Positions 57,016 to 64,000 of a stretch of DNA of 64,000 nt are shown here, piece after piece. Made by a program: the position numbers and the translations under genes. The stretch's first letter is position 1. Every line of letters begins with the position of its first letter. The notes beneath the pieces were generated by a model. That model did not search any database. It had not been told where the DNA came from and saw only the letters and a list, made by a program, of their open reading frames with translations. This stretch comes from a virus: IMG/VR virus record IMGVR_UViG_3300017991_000062, positions 32,001 through 96,000 of that record; one strand, given 5' to 3'.

Positions 57016-58405
57016 GAGTGAGGGCCTGTCTGCGGGCCTGGCGGAAAGATACGACGAGGCGATGGTGGTGTTGCTGGAGCACGAGCCCCCCGAGGGCTAC
57101 CACCTCGCATTCAGTGGCGGCAAGGACAGCATCGTCCTCAAGGCCCTGGCCGACGACGCGATGGTGCGGTACGACGCCCACTACAACGTCACCACCATCG
57201 ACCCCCCGGAGGTGACTGCCTTCATCCGCGAGCACCACCCCGACGTCGTGTGGGACCGCCCCTCGCGTTCGTTCTTCCGGTGGATGCAGACGCAGGGCTT
57301 CCCCCTGCGTCACAAGCGCTGGTGTTGTCGCAAGCTGAAGGAGCGCAAGGCGCCCGGTCGCACGGTGCTGCTCGGGCTGCGCCACGAGGAGAGTTTCGGG
57401 CGGTCGGGCAAGGAGGTCGTCGACACCCGCGGCGACGAGGTACACGTCCACCCGATCCTGGAGTGGTCGAGCGACGAGGTGTGGGAGTTCATCAGGGCGC
57501 GCGGGCTGCCGTATCCGTCGCCCTATGACGAGGGCTTCCACCGGCTCGGCTGTCTGTTCTGCCCGTTCAAGTCGCAGGCGGTGCGGGATGCCGAGGCGGC
57601 TCGCTACCCGAAGTTCGTGCGGGCCTTCGAGCGGGCCTTCGTCCGAGCCTGGACCCGTGGCCAGGAGCGGGGCCTCAAGGGCTTCGCCCGGTGGCGGTCG
57701 GGCGAGGAGATGTTCGCCTGGTGGATGCAGCGCGACGAGAAGCTGCCCCCCATCATCCAGCCCGAGCCCCGGGTGCTCCCGCCCGTGAAGCGCCGGGTGC
57801 TGACCAGCGTGGTGAGCTACCCTGACCGCGGGCCGTGGGGCGACCACGCCTTCCGGGGCAACTGCTCCGGTCACCTGCTCGTGGACCTGTGCTGCTACTT
57901 CGCCCCGGCGTGCGTCATGGACCCGATGGAGGGCAGTGGCACCACCCGCGATGTCTGTGCCGACCTGGGTATCGACTACACCGGCTTCGACCTGTCCAAT
58001 GGCGAGGACCAGAACGTGTTCAAGCAGCCGTGGCAACCGGAGCGGTTCGACCTGGTGTTCTGTCACCCGCCCTACGCAGACATGATTCCCTATGGCGAGG
58101 AACCGCCCTGCCTCTCGACGTTGAAGCCCGCGCAGTTCGGCAAGGTGCTCGTCAAGCTGGCCGAGCTGCTACTCACCCACGCTGTAGCCGAGGGCGGCCA
58201 CCTCGCGATCCTGGTCGGCTCGCTGCGGCGCGGTGGGCGCATCTGGAACTTCGCCCGCGACCTCATCGAGTGGCGTGAGCCGAGCGAGCCAGAGATTATC
58301 AAGGTGCAGCACCACGTCACCAGCTCGGCCACGCGCACCGGGATGATGTACGGCAACCCGTTCATCCCCATCGTGGACGAGCGCGTCTTGATCTGGAGGA
58401 AGTGA
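57005..58405 (+). CDS. Fusion: PAPS/APS-reductase-family (PP-loop, Fe-S) domain + amino-DNA methyltransferase domain
   Basis: AFSGGKDS, RWCC...KE, G.R..ES..R, PI..W...VW, YDEGF.RLGC..CP; then RG.WGD..FRGNCSG, DPMEGSGTT (motif I), HPPY (motif IV); one continuous frame. Confidence 0.88.
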   Translation: MPRRSEGLSAGLAERYDEAMVVLLEHEPPEGYHLAFSGGKDSIVLKALADDAMVRYDAHYNVTTIDPPEVTAFIREHHPDVVWDRPSRSFFRWMQTQGFPLRHKRWCCRKLKERKAPGRTVLLGLRHEESFGRSGKEVVDTRGDEVHVHPILEWSSDEVWEFIRARGLPYPSPYDEGFHRLGCLFCPFKSQAVRDAEAARYPKFVRAFERAFVRAWTRGQERGLKGFARWRSGEEMFAWWMQRDEKLPPIIQPEPRVLPPVKRRVLTSVVSYPDRGPWGDHAFRGNCSGHLLVDLCCYFAPACVMDPMEGSGTTRDVCADLGIDYTGFDLSNGEDQNVFKQPWQPERFDLVFCHPPYADMIPYGEEPPCLSTLKPAQFGKVLVKLAELLLTHAVAEGGHLAILVGSLRRGGRIWNFARDLIEWREPSEPEIIKVQHHVTSSATRTGMMYGNPFIPIVDERVLIWRK

Positions 58406-58587
58406 TGCCCGTCATCGGCCGGCACAGCTTCGGCGCTAAGTGCATCCGCTGCGGTGCTCCGGGCGCCGAGGAAAGCAAGGTGCGCGCCCCGAGCACTGCG
58501 GACAAGCCCGCGAAGATCGGGGCCGGCTACTTCCACGTCGTCCGCAAGTGCAAGCGCTGCGGCTTCACCTGGAAGAAGAAACAATGA
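58405..58587 (+). CDS. Small zinc-ribbon protein
   Basis: CIRCG...CKRCGFTW; TGATG coupling. Confidence 0.65.
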   Translation: MPVIGRHSFGAKCIRCGAPGAEESKVRAPSTADKPAKIGAGYFHVVRKCKRCGFTWKKKQ

Positions 58588-58883
58588 GGGCCGCGGCTGT
58601 CGCCCTGCTTCTGGTGCTCGTGGGCTGCTATCCCGAGCCGCGGCCATGCCCCGACGTGGCGGCCCTGCGCGAGCGTCTGAAAGCGCTGGAGGCCGAGGTC
58701 GCTGCGATGCACTCCGGGTCGATTCGGTCCTGTGCCATCCTGGCCGAGCGGTGCGAGAGCATGGCGGCCCTCGTGGACGGTTCGCTGCGGAGCTTCATCG
58801 AGGCTCACGTCGACCCCGCCGAGCGCGCCAGGCGTGAAAACCGGGTGAGCGAGTTCCGAGGCGTCGGTGGTGGCTCGGACTGA
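58584..58883 (+). CDS. Putative lipoprotein with coiled coil
   Basis: MRAAAVALLLVLVG-C lipobox. Confidence 0.65.
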   Translation: MRAAAVALLLVLVGCYPEPRPCPDVAALRERLKALEAEVAAMHSGSIRSCAILAERCESMAALVDGSLRSFIEAHVDPAERARRENRVSEFRGVGGGSD

Positions 58884-58889
58884 CCTGAT

Positions 58890-58918
58890 GCCCGACAGCC
58901 GACCGGATCTGGAACTGT
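58890..58918 (+). promoter_or_regulatory. Putative phage-sigma promoter, copy 4
   Basis: GCCCG-N17-GAACTGT, intergenic, upstream of 58956 ORF and ARH-like gene. Confidence 0.65.
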
Positions 58919-58955
58919 CCTGTGCCGACCCGCTGCGAGCGGGTGGAGGAAGACG

Positions 58956-59285
58956 ATGCTGAACAGCGCACAGCTCAAGGAGGCACTCCAGGCCGCGGCC
59001 GAGCCGACGATGCTGACGCCTGCCGAGCGGCGCGGTGCGAACAAGCTGCTCGCGAGCACCGGCTTCGTCCGACGCCTACACAAAGCGCTGGACGAGCACA
59101 CGAAGGAGCGAGTGGTGCGCGCCCCGACGCTGGCGAGTGAGCTGGCCGAGTTGTTCAGTAGCACCACGACCACGGCCATCAAGGCGGCCGAACGCCTGTG
59201 CGAGCTGTACCTGGTGCTCCCCGCCTTCCCTGACGTGAGATACCTGCGAAGCCCGAAGGCACGGGCGAAGAAGAGGAGGAGATGA
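58956..59285 (+). CDS. Hypothetical protein
   Basis: GGAGG RBS; ATGA overlap with next gene. Confidence 0.65.
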   Translation: MLNSAQLKEALQAAAEPTMLTPAERRGANKLLASTGFVRRLHKALDEHTKERVVRAPTLASELAELFSSTTTTAIKAAERLCELYLVLPAFPDVRYLRSPKARAKKRRR

Positions 59286-60151
59286 TGGACTACGACCGCT
59301 TCCTGGGCGGCTGGATTGGCGCGGCCCTGGGCAGTGCCCTCGGCCGGTTCACCGAGGGCCAGTCGCCGCAGTGGGTGGAGGACCAGTACCCCCGCGGCCT
59401 GCGCCGCTTCCCCGAGGAGAGCCGGCCCGGCGCCGATGCGATCCTCGCCTACGACACCAGCGACGTCATCTCCAGCCGGCGCGAGTTCCCGCGGGCGGTC
59501 GGCTCCATCGCCAACCCCTACTCGGCCTTCCTGCGCGTCCTGCCGGCCGGCCTCGCCGCCGCGGCGGCCGGGCTCACCGAGGCCGAGCTGGACGACATCG
59601 CCGTCGAGGCCATGCTCCAGGACCGCGAGCCCAAGCCGGCCGCGGCCATCCTTGGCGCGCTGCTCTACGCCCGGCTCCTGCGGCAGCTCGTGCTCGGGAT
59701 GCCGGCCGACGAGGAGATCGACCAGTGTCTCTTCGGCCCCATCGAGCACATCGAGCGGCCGTCGCCGGCCCTGGTGCTCACCGAGCCCGGCGAGACGCAG
59801 ACCGAGGCGTGGGGCGTGGCCCGCATCACCGTCACCGAGGGCGTCGGTGCTGGCCTGCGCAGCCTGGAGCGCTTCGACTTCCTGGACGACCTGCTCGACC
59901 CGAACCTGCTCGCGATGGCGGTCGTCGCCTGGGCGCTCACCACCGACAAGGCGGTCGACCGTGGTCTGGAATACCTCATCGCCCGCGGCGGTTCGGCCAG
60001 CGACCTCGGCATGATTGGCGGCGCCGTCATCGGCGCCCGCGACGGCTTCAAGGACATCCCCCAGGGCTTCCTCCGGGGCCTGTCCGAGCTGCCGAGCATG
60101 GTCGAGGCCGGGAATCGCCTGTTCAAGGCGGCCGAGGACTACCGGCGGTGA
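59282..60151 (+). CDS. ADP-ribosylglycohydrolase (DraG/ARH)-fold protein, catalytic motifs degenerate
   Basis: DRFLGGWIGAALGSALG..TEG; AFLRVLP; GGSASDLGMIGGAVIGARDGFKDIP. Confidence 0.75.
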   Translation: MMDYDRFLGGWIGAALGSALGRFTEGQSPQWVEDQYPRGLRRFPEESRPGADAILAYDTSDVISSRREFPRAVGSIANPYSAFLRVLPAGLAAAAAGLTEAELDDIAVEAMLQDREPKPAAAILGALLYARLLRQLVLGMPADEEIDQCLFGPIEHIERPSPALVLTEPGETQTEAWGVARITVTEGVGAGLRSLERFDFLDDLLDPNLLAMAVVAWALTTDKAVDRGLEYLIARGGSASDLGMIGGAVIGARDGFKDIPQGFLRGLSELPSMVEAGNRLFKAAEDYRR

Positions 60152-60228
60152 GGGCTTGGCTCCTGCGGGCTGCGCTCGTGGCGGCCGTAGCAGCGGCCGG
60201 CGCGGGCTGGACGCTGCTACTCGGACGC

Positions 60229-60256
60229 ATGCTGGAGGGATGCTGGAGGGATGCTG
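60229..60256 (+). repeat. 11-bp tandem duplication ATGCTGGAGGG (2.5 copies)
   Basis: 60229-39, 60240-50, partial 60251-56. Confidence 0.8.
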
Positions 60257-60583
60257 ATGGCGAAGTACCGACCATGCGACAACTGCGGAGCGGTTCGCAA
60301 GCGCGAGCGCGACCAGGGTATCTGTATCGCGGCGCGCCCCAAGGGCAAGCCGACGCGCTACTACTGCGCGAAGCCGGGCTGTCAGGCCGCGGCCTCGGCC
60401 TACCTGGGCGTCCTGGGCACGACCGACCTCATCCCGAAGTCGGTGCGTGACCGCAGAGCGCGTGAGGCGCGGGAGAACCGCGAGGCCGCGGCTGTGCCTG
60501 CGCCGGCCGCACCGAAGCCGAAGAAGGCCGTGAAGCGGGCGCGCCCCAAGCCCATCCGGCAGCGGCCGGTCCTGGCGAGCTGA
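60257..60583 (+). CDS. Small zinc-binding basic protein
   Basis: CDNC...C...CAKPGC; Lys/Pro-rich tail. Confidence 0.65.
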   Translation: MAKYRPCDNCGAVRKRERDQGICIAARPKGKPTRYYCAKPGCQAAASAYLGVLGTTDLIPKSVRDRRAREARENREAAAVPAPAAPKPKKAVKRARPKPIRQRPVLAS

Positions 60584-61248
60584 TGGGCAAGGCGATTATG
60601 AAGCGCTCGGCCGAGGAGCGCCGGCTCCTGGTCGAGCTGACCCGGCAGGCTCTCGCCGAGCACAAGGGCGACCAGGAGATTCTGAACGAGGTGCTCGCGC
60701 GGTTCGACCTCGACGGTATCCGCGAGCTGACTACCCTGAAGCGCATGGTCCGCGACGAGGAGCGTGGCGAGATCGAGGGTCGGTCTGCGATGGACTCGTT
60801 CCTGGACTACCGCCGCGACATGCTGGCCGTCGCCCGCAAGCTGGATGAGTTCGTGGAGGACCTGTCGGGCAAGGACGTTCACCAGGGCGCCATCCCGACA
60901 GCGCTGCGGGCCAAGGCCGACATCATCGACAAGGTGTTCACCCGTGGCCAGGAGGCCGGCGTCATCCAGGGCCGCGCCGCGGGGCCTGGCGGTGTCCTGG
61001 TCGGTGGGCTCATCATCGGCGACTTGTCCGACGCCGACATCGTGAAACACCTGCACGAGCTGCAAGCCGGCTTCCGAGAGCTGGTGAAGCGGGTGAGCGC
61101 CCCGATGTTGCCCGGCGGCTACAGGTTCACCAAGTCGCCCGAGGAGCTTGGCGAGGATGTGGTGGATGTATCCCCTGCCCCGGCCAAGGCCGAGCCCGAG
61201 AAGAAGCGCAGCCGCAGGAAGCGGCCTGTGCGCAGGAGGCCCGTCTGA
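60583..61248 (+). CDS. Helical DNA-binding protein, possible terminase small subunit
   Basis: N-terminal HTH-like region, helical core, DLSDADI motif and basic tail reminiscent of TerS; not verified. Confidence 0.4.
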   Translation: MGKAIMKRSAEERRLLVELTRQALAEHKGDQEILNEVLARFDLDGIRELTTLKRMVRDEERGEIEGRSAMDSFLDYRRDMLAVARKLDEFVEDLSGKDVHQGAIPTALRAKADIIDKVFTRGQEAGVIQGRAAGPGGVLVGGLIIGDLSDADIVKHLHELQAGFRELVKRVSAPMLPGGYRFTKSPEELGEDVVDVSPAPAKAEPEKKRSRRKRPVRRRPV

Positions 61249-62327
61249 TGCTGGTGCGCCTGCCGTGGGAGTGGGAAGTCGCCATCTGCTGCGCCCTCAA
61301 CCTCGCCGAGATGTGGTCGCTCCGACCGGAGCAGCGGCCATCGAGCCAGGAGATTTCGGACGACGAGGGGCTCGGCAGGACGCCCCACTACCTGTCGCGC
61401 TCGATCCTGCCCAACCTGGTCAAGGCCGGGGTGCTCACTCACCAGCGGAAGCAGCCGATGGGCTACCGGCTCGCTCGTACCCCGTCGCGCATCACGCTCT
61501 ATGACATCGTCGCCGGGGTGTTCAACTACCGTGGCGAGGGCGTCGTCAACCACCTGTCCAAGCGCCTGCCGAGGGCAGAGATCCGACGCTACCGCTCTTC
61601 GCGCGGCCTGCGCTGCCCCGGGGAGTATGCCTTCGGCGGCCTGGACGAGTTCGTGACTGCCTACCTGAAGCGGATTACGCTGTCGAAGATGCTCGCGGCC
61701 AACCTGGGCCTGACGGCGAAGGTGCTGTATCGGGACGCCTATGCGAAGTCCCGCTACCCCGTGTCGCTGCTCGACAGGGTGCGCCCGGTGCTCTTGGAGT
61801 TCTGTCCGCTGGTCGAGAATTGGAGAGGCTCCATCATCGCCTGGGCGCACAGCCCGGTCGCTGACCCGCTGCTCAACGGGTTCGAGATGTGGATGCGCGC
61901 TCTTCACAAGCGCTACCTGACCGCACCGCGCCGTATCGGGTCGCAGCAACTCTACGAGCTGCGCCTGGAGGTGCAGAGCTTCGCAGGGCGAACCGAGCCT
62001 GGCGCCACCTTCGGGAAGTACCGGATCTGGGAACGCAACCTCGCGACTCACCACTGCCACGACCGGGCCGGCTACATCGCCGCGGTCCAGGTGCAGCCGT
62101 GGCGAGGCTACGAGTCCTTCCAGGTGTTCTGCACCGACAGGGAGCGGCTACTCGACTTCGCTGCGTCGGTGCGCTTCAAGGACACGGACGGCATCACCGA
62201 GGATGGCCCAGGCGCGCCGCTGCCACCGGCTGACGTGGGCCAGCTCACCGCGGATGGATGCTGGAGCTACATCGACCGGCGCAGGGACGCGAACGACATC
62301 TACCGGGGGCTGGCAGGTGAAGGCTGA
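61248..62327 (+). CDS. Rrf2-family (IscR/NsrR-like) winged-HTH regulator fused to unknown C-terminal domain
   Basis: AI.C.L.LA...SQEIS...PHYL...L..LVKAGVL...GYRLARTPSRITLYDIV...YLKRITL. Confidence 0.8.
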   Translation: MLVRLPWEWEVAICCALNLAEMWSLRPEQRPSSQEISDDEGLGRTPHYLSRSILPNLVKAGVLTHQRKQPMGYRLARTPSRITLYDIVAGVFNYRGEGVVNHLSKRLPRAEIRRYRSSRGLRCPGEYAFGGLDEFVTAYLKRITLSKMLAANLGLTAKVLYRDAYAKSRYPVSLLDRVRPVLLEFCPLVENWRGSIIAWAHSPVADPLLNGFEMWMRALHKRYLTAPRRIGSQQLYELRLEVQSFAGRTEPGATFGKYRIWERNLATHHCHDRAGYIAAVQVQPWRGYESFQVFCTDRERLLDFAASVRFKDTDGITEDGPGAPLPPADVGQLTADGCWSYIDRRRDANDIYRGLAGEG

Positions 62328-63405
62328 CGAGCTACGACGGCGCTTCGCCAAGCGGCCCTCCTGCTTCGGCCAGTACGAGGAGCACCGGGAGGGGGACGGT
62401 TGCCTCGTGTGCGCATCGTTTGGCGAGTGCCTGGAGGAGAGTGCTGGTGAAGCCGAGGAGCCCGATCCCGAGATAGTCGAAGCGCAGTGCGGTCACTGCC
62501 GCCACTTCCAACTCGAAATCGATGGCGGCCCTGTCGGGCACTGCACCGGCCACGGCAAGGCCGTCTTCTCGGCGGATACCCCGTGCCCCACGTTCCACCC
62601 TGCGGATGTCCCTCCTATGCTGCGGGCCGATGCCCGGTGCAAGGACTGCGCGCACCTACAGTTCGACGGGCATGCTCTCCTCAAGTTCTGTGAGCTGCGG
62701 TCGATGGACCGCCACGGCGACGACAGAGCGTGCGACCGCTTCAACCCGCGCGAGCCGAAGCATGCTGCCGGTCAGACCCCGATCAACCTGCCGGGGTGTT
62801 TCGCCACCTACAACCCGGGGCGCACGGACGGCAAGGACTGCACCGACTGTGAGTTCAGTCGGCAGTGCGAGGGCGTGCGCCGCAGAGCTTTCGAGCACCC
62901 GCCACCGAAGCGGGTTATCAAGTTCGACCGTGGCGAGTTGGACGACGAGGCCATCGAGCGTGTCAGGGAGTTTGTCGAGCAGCAGAGGCGGGGGATGTCC
63001 GATGCGCTTGTGGTCCCGAAGGGGATGCTAGCAGAACCGATCCCGCCTGTCAGCGCGCCAGAGCCAGAGCCCGACAAAGAGCCGCGCGAAGAGACGGCCA
63101 TGTTCAAGTCGCGGGCTGGCGACGAGAGCTACGTCGTGCCGGCTATCGCGCTCACTAGCCGTGCCCAGGGCACAGCCCACAAGATAGCGAGCTACGCTTG
63201 CGGCGACTACCCTGACCCGGCCGTGCTTCAGCTCGCGAACTACGCGATCCGGTGCCTCGCTGCCACGTCCGACAGCGTAGATGCCGCGGCACAGCGGCTC
63301 GATGTGGTGGTGCAGCGGCAAGTTCCCGCCACGACATCGCAGCCGCACCGGCAGCGGCAGGTCGTGTCGATCCTGGCCAGCGTTATCAAGACCAGAGCCC
63401 TGTGA
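62317..63405 (+). CDS. Multi-Cys protein (two PxCF[GA]...Cx2Cx5C modules + two CxxC...C...C repeats)
   Basis: GTG at 62317; PSCFG..., CGHCRHF...C...CPTF, CKDCAH...C...CDRF, PGCFA... Confidence 0.7.
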   Translation: MKADELRRRFAKRPSCFGQYEEHREGDGCLVCASFGECLEESAGEAEEPDPEIVEAQCGHCRHFQLEIDGGPVGHCTGHGKAVFSADTPCPTFHPADVPPMLRADARCKDCAHLQFDGHALLKFCELRSMDRHGDDRACDRFNPREPKHAAGQTPINLPGCFATYNPGRTDGKDCTDCEFSRQCEGVRRRAFEHPPPKRVIKFDRGELDDEAIERVREFVEQQRRGMSDALVVPKGMLAEPIPPVSAPEPEPDKEPREETAMFKSRAGDESYVVPAIALTSRAQGTAHKIASYACGDYPDPAVLQLANYAIRCLAATSDSVDAAAQRLDVVVQRQVPATTSQPHRQRQVVSILASVIKTRAL

Positions 63406-63415
63406 GGAGGAACCG

Positions 63416-64000
63416 ATGAGTGAGCACAAGCCGACCGTCGTGGTCGACCTGCTCGGTGTGCTGTGCGTGACCGAGACCGACCTCGAACTGGATGACCCGG
63501 CCATCTTGCGGCCTGGCGCGCGAGCCTTTCTCGTGGCGCTGAACGCGAAGGGCTATCAGGTGCAGGTGCACTCCCTGCTCCCTGCCCCGGTGGCCAAGGA
63601 GTTCCTCAAGCAACACAACCTCGTCGGCTTGGTCGCCACGGTGACGGAGGGCAAGGCTCCCCTCACCCGCTATCTGGACCCGCTCGCTGTGCGGTTCGAG
63701 GGTGACTTCAACGCGGTCTACTCGGCGCTCGATGCCGAGCCGTTCTGGGCTGGCAAGCCGTCCGCGGCCAAGGGGCCGTTCAAGAAGACCGAGACGGTCC
63801 AGAGCTTGCGGATCAAGCTCCTGGAGGCCGAGCAACGCATGGCGACGACGCTGCGGGTGCAGCTCCATCGGTGGGCCGAGGAGATGGGGTGGCCGGATGA
63901 CATGCTGGAGGCCCTGGTGGAGCTGCTCTCCGCGAAGCTGGTGCCCGGCCGGGACTGGTCCGTGTTCGAGATTGCCCGCGAGGAGGCGGCCGGCTACAAG
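63416..64000 (+). CDS. Partial (3'-truncated) HAD-superfamily-like protein, degenerate active site
   Basis: GAGGAGG RBS; VVVDLLGVL, RPGARAFL..L..KGY.V.VHS, VTEGKAP..YLDPLAVRFEGD; open to window end; not in ORF track. Confidence 0.65.
   Translation, partial: MSEHKPTVVVDLLGVLCVTETDLELDDPAILRPGARAFLVALNAKGYQVQVHSLLPAPVAKEFLKQHNLVGLVATVTEGKAPLTRYLDPLAVRFEGDFNAVYSALDAEPFWAGKPSAAKGPFKKTETVQSLRIKLLEAEQRMATTLRVQLHRWAEEMGWPDDMLEALVELLSAKLVPGRDWSVFEIAREEAAGYK

Larger units (their letters stand above)
1..64000 (+). mobile_element. Segment of a large contractile-tailed bacteriophage genome (tail, lysis, replication/recombination and accessory modules)
   Basis: Ordered sheath-tube-chaperone-tape measure-hub-spike-baseplate-fibre module followed by phage-type replication genes; uniform + strand; no host housekeeping context or integrase visible. 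Confidence 0.95.

Noticed and set aside
57005-57780. cysH sulfate-assimilation auxiliary gene
   Set aside because: Fused to a DNA methyltransferase, lacks the C-terminal ECGLH catalytic motif of true CysH, and no other cys genes are present
1-64000. Genome-wide TAG stop-codon reassignment
   Set aside because: Conserved genes (sheath, tube, tape measure, DnaB) end at TAG at expected lengths; only one tiny ORF shows an internal TAG

Overview
This window is a single, gene-dense, GC-rich segment of a large tailed (contractile, myovirus-type) bacteriophage genome. Every credible gene is on the + strand and many are coupled by TGATG/ATGA/GTGA overlaps. 1-25.6 kb is neck/tail morphogenesis: head-tail adaptor, head closure, tail completion, sheath, tube, a tail-assembly chaperone with a -1 slippery site, tape measure, LysM tube initiator, hub, HxH spike, gp25, baseplate J, gpI-like wedge and tail fibre. 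26.1-27.6 kb is holin/spanin-like lysis genes around a tiny Acb2/Tad1-like protein. 27.7-35.1 kb is replication initiation: UvsW-like helicase, an initiator containing iteron repeats (likely ori), DnaC, DnaB and primase. 35.2-40.5 kb is an early operon behind a host sigma70 promoter (MucR-finger CobS-like AAA+, CobT-like VWA, WGR protein, phage sigma factor). 40.5-54.5 kb holds DnaE, UvsY-like, gp32-like SSB, RecA, SbcD/SbcC, resolvase, 5'-3' exonuclease and family-4 UDG. 54.7-64 kb holds an amidase, a radical SAM gene, a PAPS-reductase/DNA-methyltransferase fusion, a degenerate ADP-ribosylhydrolase, an Rrf2 regulator and Cys-rich proteins. Lipoprotein/spanin-like genes suggest a diderm high-GC host (inference). 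No integrase, tRNA, rRNA or CRISPR array was seen. The best leads are: (1) a candidate DNA hypermodification cassette (radical SAM + PP-loop/Fe-S-MTase fusion); (2) an intergenic bipartite motif RCCCR-N17-GAACTGT found four times, likely the promoter of the phage sigma factor; (3) a repeated PxC[FY][GA]-x-Cx2Cx5C module shared by the SSB and other proteins. All calls come from motif recognition by eye; no searches were run.
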